A stretch of DNA of 64,000 bases, taken from positions 96,001-160,000 of the IMG/VR virus record IMGVR_UViG_3300014203_000001. One strand, given 5' to 3'. The stretch comes from a virus (taxonomy: Duplodnaviria > Caudoviricetes). Of this stretch, positions 10,943 to 19,980 are shown one piece after another. How positions within the stretch are numbered: position 1 is the first letter of the stretch; each line of letters opens with the position of its first letter. The position numbers were made by a program, and so were the translations under genes. The notes under the pieces are model-generated. The model worked only from the letters and a program-made list of their open reading frames with translations. It did no database searches and was not told the origin of the DNA.

Positions 10943-10974
10943 AAAAGAGACTACCAGTTTTGGTAGTCTCTTTT
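10943..10974. terminator. Intergenic hairpin (AGACTAC family)
   Basis: 14-bp stem AAAAGAGACTACCA/TGGTAGTCTCTTTT, 4-nt loop. Confidence 0.7.
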
Positions 10975-10982
10975 GTGTGGTA

Positions 10983-11516
10983 TTATTTAGCTACCCATGT
11001 AGGGCATGGTGCATATACTTTAATACTTTCATATGCAGGTACAAGAGTTTCCCCTCTACCATAAATAGGTTTGTTAGTTTTCTCATCAATACCAATTTGT
11101 TTTGGATAAGGACGAGGACCAGCTTCAACTTCTTTTACACTAATAGCAACATCAGATTTTTCTCTTCCGCCTAAAGGAAGTTTACGACCAGTATGGACAT
11201 AGGTGTTAATGAATTCTTTAGCAACGCCTACAAGATTCTCGGCTTCACCATTCTTAAATTCATAACCTTCCATGATGGAAGCAGCTTCAGCTGCAGGAAT
11301 TTTAGCAGCTCCAGACATAACAGATGCAGCCATAGCACGTACTGCTTTAGATGGATTAAAAGTATCAGCTTTACCTTCTTTAGTATAAACGCCTACTTCA
11401 TATGAAGTATCATTCATCATTGCTCGCATTACACGAACCTCATCTTTTTTACTACCTGTCATTTGAGTAATTGTACCTTTGATTTCGTCTACTAATTTTT
11501 TTACAGTTGTATCCAT
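10983..11516 (-). CDS. Putative divergent HU/IHF-like DNA-binding protein
   Basis: C-half pattern helix-helix-(G.KL.L)-(ISVKEV.A.P)-arm-(GE..VPA) resembles the HU fold; AACT-N6-TA at 11551-11562. Confidence 0.45.
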   Translation of the reverse strand: MDTTVKKLVDEIKGTITQMTGSKKDEVRVMRAMMNDTSYEVGVYTKEGKADTFNPSKAVRAMAASVMSGAAKIPAAEAASIMEGYEFKNGEAENLVGVAKEFINTYVHTGRKLPLGGREKSDVAISVKEVEAGPRPYPKQIGIDEKTNKPIYGRGETLVPAYESIKVYAPCPTWVAK

Positions 11517-11675
11517 TTTTATATCCCCCTTATAATTTGTTTTATTGGATTACATTAAAGTTACATGTGTAATTAATTATAATTTCATAATACCTCTAGA
11601 ATAGACTAATTATAATACATTACAAACATTAGAATTCATATTTGAATTTATTTACTAAATCTAATAGAGAATCTA

Positions 11676-11816
11676 TCATTTCTTATCTTCCTCCATTCTT
11701 TTTACTCTTACTGCTGGATATATTAGCTTAACAGGTTTACATTTCTCATGAAGAATATTATTTAATTCTTCTCTAGTGCACGTAGATATCTTCTTTAAGA
11801 ATTCAGTCTTTCCCAT
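11676..11816 (-). CDS. Small hypothetical protein (46 aa, not in track)
   Basis: MGKTEFLKKISTCTREELNNILHEKCKPVKLIYPAVRVKRMEEDKK; starts 1 nt after the upstream stop, GGAG SD inside the upstream gene. Confidence 0.55.
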   Translation of the reverse strand: MGKTEFLKKISTCTREELNNILHEKCKPVKLIYPAVRVKRMEEDKK

Positions 11817-11817
11817 A

Positions 11818-12615
11818 TTATAGCTCACTCCATATCAATGCAGTAATTTTATATTCAGTATCACTTATCTTTTCAATACCAACTATCTTTCTATCAACGA
11901 AGCCATCGCTTATTAGATTACACATATTATTTGGTTCCATTACTCTTAGGATATTCGTTTCTGTATTGAATATCATGCCATATTTTATAGGGTAATCATC
12001 TGGATCTATTTTATATAAATTGATACCTAATACTATTTGTTTTTCTAAAGGTTTATATGTAGTAATAGAAATTGTATATCTATCGTCCAGGCATTGTTTT
12101 ATTACATGTGGCAAACTAGATATAGCGTACTTATAATCTTCGTCTATATCTCCAAATACGTCTGAATCATGTATTTTATAGATTTTACCAGTAGATTTTA
12201 ATCCATCAATAAATCTTATATCTAGCATTTTTCTTCTTATATCTTCATTAACAAAATAGAAGATGATCTTAGCGATTGTATTCTCCATTATTTCCATACA
12301 ATCATCAAACTTTTCTTTAGATACTAATATACATGTGGATAATTTTTTAATTTTACCCCACCCATCAAATGGATATTCTCTATATCCATATATAGATACC
12401 AGATATTCTCCTATCTTTTCAGTATCTATATCTATAATTATTTTAGATGTATCTTTATAAAAATACTCGCATCTTTTTATAGCATCGCAGGTATCTACCA
12501 TTTTGTTAAACCCTGCATCTACTAATTCCTGTATAATATCATTAACAATACTTATTTTCTTGGGTAATTTCTTAGTTGTTTCTATTTCCTCGATAATATC
12601 TTCTATTTTTCTCAT
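11818..12615 (-). CDS. Hypothetical protein
   Basis: 265 aa, AGAGGGGG RBS. Confidence 0.8.
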   Translation of the reverse strand: MRKIEDIIEEIETTKKLPKKISIVNDIIQELVDAGFNKMVDTCDAIKRCEYFYKDTSKIIIDIDTEKIGEYLVSIYGYREYPFDGWGKIKKLSTCILVSKEKFDDCMEIMENTIAKIIFYFVNEDIRRKMLDIRFIDGLKSTGKIYKIHDSDVFGDIDEDYKYAISSLPHVIKQCLDDRYTISITTYKPLEKQIVLGINLYKIDPDDYPIKYGMIFNTETNILRVMEPNNMCNLISDGFVDRKIVGIEKISDTEYKITALIWSEL

Positions 12616-12698
12616 TTTAATTCCCCCTCTTCTTTTATTCTAAAGTCAATATTCATTTAAAATCTTATATCCTGGGTAGCATACAATTAGATATAGTA

Positions 12699-12710
12699 AA
12701 CACTAGAGTA
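12699..12710 (+). promoter_or_regulatory. Late-type promoter AACA-N6-TA
   Basis: AACACTAGAGTA upstream of the RNAP beta gene. Confidence 0.7.
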
Positions 12711-12737
12711 ACTAAACAAGAAAAGGTGGTAGATATT

Positions 12738-15700
12738 ATGACAGTATATCTTGAAGATATAAAGCCGATGATATTAAATAAAACACAGTTCTTCCTACCT
12801 ATTAACGAGGAAGATAAGAAGAAGAATAGTGCTATATTTCTATTAACTCCTAATATAGAAAGCTCTATTAATACAATGAAACACCCACTAACTTTGAATA
12901 GAAGGCTATTTGAATCTTATTATATAGAGAAGGATATCTCTTTTATTATTAATGAAGCTCACCAATTAGTAAGAAGTGATGTAGTTCCTTTATACGAATC
13001 AATGGTAGAGCAATATAAGAATAGTAGAATTTATATAAATTCCGTAAATGAACAAGCTATCCTTTCAGAAGCAGCAGAGGATATTATTGCAGAGGATTAT
13101 ACTTTACTTAGAGAAGATTATCTAGTAACAGAAGACTTTATTCATACTAATTATGAGCTTCAAGAAAGTAAGTTCTTCTTTGGAGATGCAGTTCAATCTA
13201 TATTAGAAGAAGATAGTCCTAAATCTGGTAATTATTCTGCTATGATGCGAAAGCTTCTATATTCGGAAAGAATAAAGAATCAGAAAGAATGTATTCTAAT
13301 CCATGATAAAGTAAAAGCAGATCTTGCCTTTATTAGATATACTTATATCAACTATGCTTTATATAAACAGAGAAACTTATTCATAGATTGGTCTTATTAT
13401 ACTCAGGCTTTCTTTAAGAACAATGTATATAAGTTAGATAGAGCGGTAGATCTATATTTTGAGTTTCTTAATAAATTCTTATCTGATACTAGATTAGACG
13501 ATAATGGATACAAAATCAAAACTGTATTCATTCCAGTATTAGATTGGGTTAAAACAGATATTGTTGCTTGGGATTATACAAAAGATATCAATCCTATCTC
13601 TATGATATATAGACTTCTGAAACGTAAGTCTACTATACTAACTGACAAATGGAGTGGATATACATTTGTATTCTTATCAGATAAAGCATACTTCAAGCTA
13701 AACTTCAGTGAATTCAATGAAACTAAACTTCCTGTATTTGTTAGTCTTATTAGCAAACTTAGTACAGGACAGGTTCAGGATGCTGAATTGGAAACTAATG
13801 ATTCATCTAAAGCTATTGTTCATAAAGTAATAGATAAGATGGAAGATGGTGGTATAGAAATCACTAATCTTACTGGAGGAACAACTAAGATATCTCCAGA
13901 GGAAATGAAAAAGAAGTTTGATAATGGAGATACTATTATTTCTAAAGATACGTCTAAAGAAGATGCCGAAGAAGAAAAGAAAGCTCAGTTAGTAAACCAA
14001 ATTAAAACAGTAGCTGATAAATCTTCTGATGAGAATAATGCCATGGAGAATCTAGATTCTGATATGGATAATGAATGGACTAAGCAACTTATTGTCGATT
14101 TACAATCAGAAGATGGTCCTAATATAAATGCTAGTCGAAAAGCTAGAATACTTAGTCTTAGAAGTGATTTTTCTAATAAGAAGATTAATGGTACTAAAGT
14201 AGAAGATCTTATTAAGAAGAATAAAGAGATGACCGAGTTAGAAGTGGATACTATTCCTATAGACAATATCAATGAAGAATGGCAAAATGTACAGTTTAGT
14301 ACCTTTAGTAAAAACTACGATCTAGACTCAGATATATATGCTATATTAGCAGATATGAGTTCTAAGTCAGAACCTATCATGATAATATCAGTAGATAAGA
14401 AAGATACATCTACATCGGAAGATTATATTGAGACTTGGGATATAAAATGTGAAGATGCCAATGGTAAACGTTTTACTATTAAACTGGATATTCCTAAGTT
14501 TATAAACAATCGGTATATGAAACTAAGAGGAAATCTAAAAGTAGTTAGTGGGCAATTAGTTCTTATTCCTATTATCAAGACAGATGAAGATACAGCTCAG
14601 ATAGTATCCTGTTCATATAACAAGATATTCATCAAAAGAATAAATCCAAGCGGTGGTTCTAAAACTACTAGAGCTGTTAGTAAACTAGTAAAAGCTTTAT
14701 CTAAATATGAAGGAACTAAGATAAAAACTTTTGAGGGGGATAATAGCTTTGTATCTAGTAAGTATGAACTCCCTATAGAATACAAAGATCTATCTGGATT
14801 GTATAGCAGAATAGAATTGTCAGATGGAAGTTACTTCTCTTTTAATATGGATGATATGAGAAAGATTCCTTTACAGCATCCTAAAGAAGATATGAATAGA
14901 ATACCTCTTTATGTAAATAAAGATGGTAAAGCTGAATGTTGTACGGATGAGGCAGCCAATTTCATTATGCTTAAACTTATTGCGGCAGATCCAGCTTTTG
15001 ATGATATATTGAGCAATATCAAACCAGATAAGAGATTAAGCTACACATCTGCTAGTATTCTTAATACCGATATTCCCGTTATAGTTGTTATGGCATATAG
15101 TGAAGGATTGCAAACAGCTATGACTAAAGGTGGAGTTAAATTTAATTTTACTGATAAACGTCCCAATGCCAGCGAATTTTTTATTAAGTTCTCAGATGGA
15201 TATATAGTCTATCAAGATAATCCCAGTGTTTCTCTTCTAATGAGTGGATTAGCTCATTGTGATACTGCTAGCTATTCTATTAAAGATATTAATAAAAAAG
15301 AAATGTGGTTAGATTTCTTAGATAACTTCGGTGGTAGAATAAAAGCTGATGGTTTAGATAACTTCTATGATCTCATGTTTGATCCCACTACGAAAGAGGT
15401 TTGTGAATTATATCATCTACCTACTGATTATATTGAAGCGTTAGGTTATGCTAGTGATCTTCTAACTGATACTAAGTATAATAAACATGTAGATATTTCT
15501 GGTAATAGGATTAGAACTAATGAGATAATTGCAGGATATGTGTATAAAGCTATATCTAAAGGGTATGGAGAATACAAAACTCAATTAAAGAGAAATAAGA
15601 AAGACGCTTCTCTTACAATAAAACAATCTGCAGTTATAGATAATATACTAATGGACCCTACGTCTACAGATTTGTCTATTCTAAACGCATTACTAGAAGC

Positions 15701-17192
15701 TGAAGCAAACAACGAAATGTCGTTTAAAGGATTATCTGGTATGAACTCAGATAGGAGTTACAGCTTAGATAAAAGAACATATGACGATTCCATGATGGGT
15801 GTTATTGCAGCCTCTACTGGATTTGCTGCTAATGTTGGTATTACCAGACAGGCTAGTATAAATAGTAGCGTAAAAGGAACTAGAGGTTTAATTGTTTCTC
15901 CTAAAGATAAGGATATAAATACATTAAATACTCTATGTGTAACAGAAGCTTTAACTCCATTTGGTACTACTCACGATGATCCTATTAGAACTGCCATGGG
16001 ATTTATTCAGACTTCTAAACATCAAATGCGGGTCAAGAAATCATCTCCTAATCTTATAACAACAGGAATGGATGAAGCTCTACCTTATGTAACCTCTGAT
16101 ATATTCTCTTATAAATTTAGAGGTAAGAAAGGAAAGGTATTAGAAGTTACAGACGATTATATTATATATGAAGATTCTGATACTAAAGAAAGAGGATATG
16201 TAGATATAAGAGATAATGTCATGAAGAACTCAGATGGCGGTTTCTATGTAACAGTTAAGCTAGATCCATGTGTTAAGAAGGGTGATACATTGAAGTATCA
16301 TGATATACTTGCATATGACAAATCATCATACTCTAAAGCCATTGGAACGGATAAATCTGAGAAGACTATCTCATACAATATTGGTACTATGGCTAAGATA
16401 GGAATACTCACAACAGATGAAGCATTTGAAGATAGTGCTATATTTGATACATATCTATCCGATGCTCTTAGTTCTACTTATTGTGTGAAAAAAGAAAGAG
16501 CTTTATCTAAAGATACAAATGTATACAATGTTCTTAAGAAAGGAGATCCTATAGAAGAGGGAGATCCTCTAATAATATTCCAGAATGCATTTGATGAGAA
16601 AGATGCTAATGCTTTACTTAAATCTATAACAGATGATGATGTAGAAGCTATATCTGACTTGGGACGTATCCATGTTAGATCTAAAATGACAGGATGGGTA
16701 CAAGATGTAAAGATCTATCGTACATGTGAACTAGATGATCTATCTCCATCTTTAAAGAAACTTGTAGTTGAATATGAAAAAGGTATTCAAAAACAGAAGA
16801 AGTTATTTAAAGATAATAAGATGGAAGGAATGAATCATATACTAGAGCCAGACTATAAACTTCCTTCTACTGGTAAACTAAAAGGTGTAGATAACGGAGT
16901 CCTCATAGAATTCTATATCAAATGCGAGGATAAGTTTGGTATAGGAGATAAGCTAGTATATAACAATGCAATCAAAGGTGTAGGAAAAGATATAATAGCT
17001 GAGGGAGAAGAACCGTATACGGACTTCCGTAAAAATGAACCAGTAAATGCTTTACTAGCAGTAGCATCTGTAAATGCTCGTATGGCTTCTTCTATATTTC
17101 TTACAGGAGCATTGAATAAGTTCTTAGTAGAATTAGATAGAGCTTGTAAGGAAAAGCTAGGAATTCCATGGAAAAATTTAAAGGATATGTAA
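12738..17192 (+). CDS. Phage multisubunit RNA polymerase beta-like subunit, probably virion RNAP (phiKZ gp178-like)
   Basis: RpoB motifs HDDPIRTAMG..Q..Q, AFEDS, GDKL....KG, NARM. Ends just after the SRM-equivalent (split beta). Long N-terminal extension; late promoter. ATG 12738 fits the RBS better than GTG 12726. Confidence 0.9.
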   Translation: MTVYLEDIKPMILNKTQFFLPINEEDKKKNSAIFLLTPNIESSINTMKHPLTLNRRLFESYYIEKDISFIINEAHQLVRSDVVPLYESMVEQYKNSRIYINSVNEQAILSEAAEDIIAEDYTLLREDYLVTEDFIHTNYELQESKFFFGDAVQSILEEDSPKSGNYSAMMRKLLYSERIKNQKECILIHDKVKADLAFIRYTYINYALYKQRNLFIDWSYYTQAFFKNNVYKLDRAVDLYFEFLNKFLSDTRLDDNGYKIKTVFIPVLDWVKTDIVAWDYTKDINPISMIYRLLKRKSTILTDKWSGYTFVFLSDKAYFKLNFSEFNETKLPVFVSLISKLSTGQVQDAELETNDSSKAIVHKVIDKMEDGGIEITNLTGGTTKISPEEMKKKFDNGDTIISKDTSKEDAEEEKKAQLVNQIKTVADKSSDENNAMENLDSDMDNEWTKQLIVDLQSEDGPNINASRKARILSLRSDFSNKKINGTKVEDLIKKNKEMTELEVDTIPIDNINEEWQNVQFSTFSKNYDLDSDIYAILADMSSKSEPIMIISVDKKDTSTSEDYIETWDIKCEDANGKRFTIKLDIPKFINNRYMKLRGNLKVVSGQLVLIPIIKTDEDTAQIVSCSYNKIFIKRINPSGGSKTTRAVSKLVKALSKYEGTKIKTFEGDNSFVSSKYELPIEYKDLSGLYSRIELSDGSYFSFNMDDMRKIPLQHPKEDMNRIPLYVNKDGKAECCTDEAANFIMLKLIAADPAFDDILSNIKPDKRLSYTSASILNTDIPVIVVMAYSEGLQTAMTKGGVKFNFTDKRPNASEFFIKFSDGYIVYQDNPSVSLLMSGLAHCDTASYSIKDINKKEMWLDFLDNFGGRIKADGLDNFYDLMFDPTTKEVCELYHLPTDYIEALGYASDLLTDTKYNKHVDISGNRIRTNEIIAGYVYKAISKGYGEYKTQLKRNKKDASLTIKQSAVIDNILMDPTSTDLSILNALLEAEANNEMSFKGLSGMNSDRSYSLDKRTYDDSMMGVIAASTGFAANVGITRQASINSSVKGTRGLIVSPKDKDINTLNTLCVTEALTPFGTTHDDPIRTAMGFIQTSKHQMRVKKSSPNLITTGMDEALPYVTSDIFSYKFRGKKGKVLEVTDDYIIYEDSDTKERGYVDIRDNVMKNSDGGFYVTVKLDPCVKKGDTLKYHDILAYDKSSYSKAIGTDKSEKTISYNIGTMAKIGILTTDEAFEDSAIFDTYLSDALSSTYCVKKERALSKDTNVYNVLKKGDPIEEGDPLIIFQNAFDEKDANALLKSITDDDVEAISDLGRIHVRSKMTGWVQDVKIYRTCELDDLSPSLKKLVVEYEKGIQKQKKLFKDNKMEGMNHILEPDYKLPSTGKLKGVDNGVLIEFYIKCEDKFGIGDKLVYNNAIKGVGKDIIAEGEEPYTDFRKNEPVNALLAVASVNARMASSIFLTGALNKFLVELDRACKEKLGIPWKNLKDM

Positions 17193-17506
17193 GAAAAGTA
17201 AAGAGGTATAGCAATGCTATACCTCTTATCTAAGTTCTCCATATATTCATAGAAGAAGTCTACAAATATAATTAAAAAATTAATAATATAATATAAGTTC
17301 GAGAGTATAGACAATCGTCTATACTCTCTCCTATATTTCTTATTAAGTTTCTTTATGGCTTTGTGTCTTCTCTTAGGATAATCATCAAATGTCCGATATG
17401 AACTCTTACGTACTAATAGATCGTCATTAATAAGATAATACGCTGTGATTCCTAATATATGACTACGCTTCTTTAATATCTCTTTTAGCGATTCAATGGT
17501 TTTCAT
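16913..17506 (-). CDS. Hypothetical protein (basic KRR..IKKL motif plus TM helix); 3' part overlaps the RNAP gene antisense
   Basis: Paralogous motif with 17511..17933; the portion past ~17200 runs through a hairpin and is probably not selected. Confidence 0.55.
   Translation of the reverse strand: MKTIESLKEILKKRSHILGITAYYLINDDLLVRKSSYRTFDDYPKRRHKAIKKLNKKYRREYRRLSILSNLYYIINFLIIFVDFFYEYMENLDKRYSIAIPLYFSYISFKFFHGIPSFSLQALSNSTKNLFNAPVRNIEEAIRAFTDATASKAFTGSFLRKSVYGSSPSAIISFPTPLIALLYTSLSPIPNLSSHLI
17201..17227. terminator. Bidirectional palindrome (GAGGTATA family)
   Basis: AAGAGGTATAGCA-A-TGCTATACCTCTT between convergent genes. Confidence 0.75.
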
Positions 17507-17510
17507 AACA

Positions 17511-17933
17511 TCAATTCCTTTTTATTCCATCTATTATTAGCTCTTCTGCTGATGGAAGATTAAGATCTATTATATCCCCGTCAAGATCCAAACCAGCCAA
17601 CGAGTAGAATTCTGGAATGTTACCTATATTATCTGGAGATTTTACATAGATATGTTTGATCGGAATCCTTGGATATACTCTCGAATAATCAAAGTCTTTA
17701 AAATCTAATGGATTTCCATCATAATCCCCACATAACATAGGTGGAATTTTAAATATATTTCTATATACTCTAGACAGTTTCTTTATTAAACTTTCTCTTC
17801 TCTTTTTATGTTTAGGAAACTTTTGATACGCCTCGATATATACAAATCTACTCCCAGGTATTCTATATGTGATATCACTTAATAAGCATATCTCAAAATA
17901 CTCTAGATCTTTCCTGTATTTAATATTCTCCAT
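17511..17933 (-). CDS. Hypothetical protein with DYDGN and DLDGD motifs
   Basis: 140 aa, AGGAG RBS. Confidence 0.75.
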   Translation of the reverse strand: MENIKYRKDLEYFEICLLSDITYRIPGSRFVYIEAYQKFPKHKKRRESLIKKLSRVYRNIFKIPPMLCGDYDGNPLDFKDFDYSRVYPRIPIKHIYVKSPDNIGNIPEFYSLAGLDLDGDIIDLNLPSAEELIIDGIKRN

Positions 17934-17956
17934 TCTTATACACTCCTTTAAAAATA

Positions 17957-17984
17957 AAGAGGTATAGCAATTGCTATACCTCTT
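17957..17984. repeat. Perfect 28-bp palindrome, near-identical to 17201-17227
   Basis: AAGAGGTATAGCAATTGCTATACCTCTT. Confidence 0.9.
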
Positions 17985-17993
17985 CTATTCTGA

Positions 17994-19334
17994 TTAAATG
18001 ATTTTGATCTCCGAAACATCGTCAGATTTAAACATTAATACCTTTTCTTTATCTCCATCTTCGATTGTTACTTCAACGATAGATCCGAATTTGATACTAT
18101 GTTTCGCATCTTGAGAGATGTCGAATAATTTAGTAGTTCCATCTTTGAAATATACTTGAACTTTCTTATTTAAATAAGCAGATTCTGTAACATGATTCTT
18201 TTCTGTATCTTCGCCAAAGAAATAGGCATTGCGTGTTGTATTAAATACTGGGCGTTTGGCGTTTCGCCAAGCTAATGCTTTTTCTACCAGATATGAACCA
18301 CATCCAATATCATCCTCACCTTTTTCAATCTTAGTATTTTCTTTATTAGACGAATTATTATCCATAAAGTCTACACTTGGAGGTAATGGTATAGTATCTG
18401 TATCGCCAGATTTATTATAATGCGATAGACCTATACTCGGAGTCAAATACTCAGTTGATTTGAGTTTATAAGAATTAAAATCTGATGGATTTTGAAGTTT
18501 AATTAATACATCTGTATTGCCACTGGCATCTACAGCGCAATCTTCCTCCTGTTCGATCTTATCGGAAGTGACTAGAGGATTTTCTAATTTAACTTCAGTG
18601 AATGCAGCAGAAGGTTGCTTCACTATAGAGTTCTTGATATTTTGAGCTACTACTTTTCCATTTATCTGTTTATCATTCAATACATCATTGATTTTCTCAA
18701 GATAAACATCTTTATCTTTAAGAGTCAAAGCACTGATATAGTCATGGACTTTGATCAGGTTCTCGATTTTCCGTTCCATATTATGGATCGAAGTGATAAA
18801 CTCTAGCACTTTAGAGAAAGAATTAAGCTTTTCTCTAGTTAGCGTAAATAGCTTCAATTGCTCAGCGGAACCTAGAATTGCGCCGATGCACTCGCTTGAA
18901 AAGTGTAGTTCATTGTCAAGAATAACATGATCATGTTTTCTAGTTCTGTTGAATACAAATCTTTCTGGGAATACCTGATCGTATTCGCAGTCAACAAAAT
19001 ACCTATTAGCATTCTGACGGAACTTTTCTTTCTTCTTGTAGTCAGCCACTTTATAAATAGCTTTCTTGGTATAGAGAAATACATATCTGATTTTTCCTCT
19101 AATATTAATACCACTATCTGCTAATTCCTTAGCCCCATCATATATCTTGACATAATCCTCAGGATTTAGATAATTGTAGGTTCTCATATAGGTTAGGGTA
19201 CCAGTCACACTCTGTTTAACTAGAACGCTTACTTTAGACTCTTCTGTTAACCCCAAAAGAATTTTAGCTACACTCATAGCTGGGTACATTTTCTTTCCTG
19301 CTACCATTACATATAGTTTGTTTTCGTTTGTCAT
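17994..19334 (-). CDS. Hypothetical early protein
   Basis: 446 aa, GAGGGGAGAG RBS, early motif at 19377-19392. Confidence 0.85.
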   Translation of the reverse strand: MTNENKLYVMVAGKKMYPAMSVAKILLGLTEESKVSVLVKQSVTGTLTYMRTYNYLNPEDYVKIYDGAKELADSGINIRGKIRYVFLYTKKAIYKVADYKKKEKFRQNANRYFVDCEYDQVFPERFVFNRTRKHDHVILDNELHFSSECIGAILGSAEQLKLFTLTREKLNSFSKVLEFITSIHNMERKIENLIKVHDYISALTLKDKDVYLEKINDVLNDKQINGKVVAQNIKNSIVKQPSAAFTEVKLENPLVTSDKIEQEEDCAVDASGNTDVLIKLQNPSDFNSYKLKSTEYLTPSIGLSHYNKSGDTDTIPLPPSVDFMDNNSSNKENTKIEKGEDDIGCGSYLVEKALAWRNAKRPVFNTTRNAYFFGEDTEKNHVTESAYLNKKVQVYFKDGTTKLFDISQDAKHSIKFGSIVEVTIEDGDKEKVLMFKSDDVSEIKII

Positions 19335-19376
19335 AATAAAATCTCTCCCCTCTTCGATACAATATTTTATTATTGC

Positions 19377-19392
19377 TCACATATATAATATA
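19377..19392 (-). promoter_or_regulatory. Early-type promoter TATATTAT-N5-TGA
   Basis: One of 13 copies, all intergenic and upstream of genes. Confidence 0.75.
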
Positions 19393-19428
19393 TAACTATA
19401 TTGTGTAAGATTTACAAAAAAGGAATAG

Positions 19429-19653
19429 CTATATAGCTATTCCTTTATCATACTTATGCTTATCATAGTATCTAATATTTAACCTATCTCTACGATACCA
19501 ATTGGTTTTGTCCTCAATTAACTTGTATATCTGTCTATGTCTGCTATTACCAGGTTTGTGCATATAGCATACTTCTCCGCATCTTGGATAAAGATTATAC
19601 TCGTCAAAATCGTTTATTCCATATAGTTCTTTTCTACTTGGCAATGTTATCAT
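19429..19653 (-). CDS. Hypothetical protein
   Basis: GGGGAGGTG RBS before ATG 19653; flanked by perfect palindromes 19419-19446 and 19697-19732. Confidence 0.65.
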   Translation of the reverse strand: MITLPSRKELYGINDFDEYNLYPRCGEVCYMHKPGNSRHRQIYKLIEDKTNWYRRDRLNIRYYDKHKYDKGIAI

Positions 19654-19696
19654 ATCTTCACCTCCCCTAATCAATAGTAATTATTTGATAAAAATA

Positions 19697-19732
19697 AATA
19701 TAGAGGTATACCAATTGGTATACCTCTATATT
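19697..19732. repeat. Perfect 36-bp palindrome (GAGGTATA family)
   Basis: AATATAGAGGTATACCAATTGGTATACCTCTATATT. Confidence 0.9.
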
Positions 19733-19739
19733 AATAGGA

Positions 19740-19925
19740 TTATAATAAGAATAATGCTACTAAGGTTGCATATCCTACTAATAGGTATGCTATTCCTTTT
19801 AATACAATAACTGAATCTTCTTTAGTCCAGTTTTCTTTGATATACTTGGCTCCGTAAAATACACCTAAAAGTGATATTACTATTACCTCTACAATATCTG
19901 ATACTAATGCTGATACTATTCCCAT
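19740..19925 (-). CDS. Small 2-TM membrane protein (early)
   Basis: Two hydrophobic helices, AGGAG RBS, early motif at 19954-19969. Confidence 0.7.
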   Translation of the reverse strand: MGIVSALVSDIVEVIVISLLGVFYGAKYIKENWTKEDSVIVLKGIAYLLVGYATLVALFLL

Positions 19926-19980
19926 AGTAAAACAACTCCTTTTATATTATACTTCATCTATATAATATATAACCTAAATT

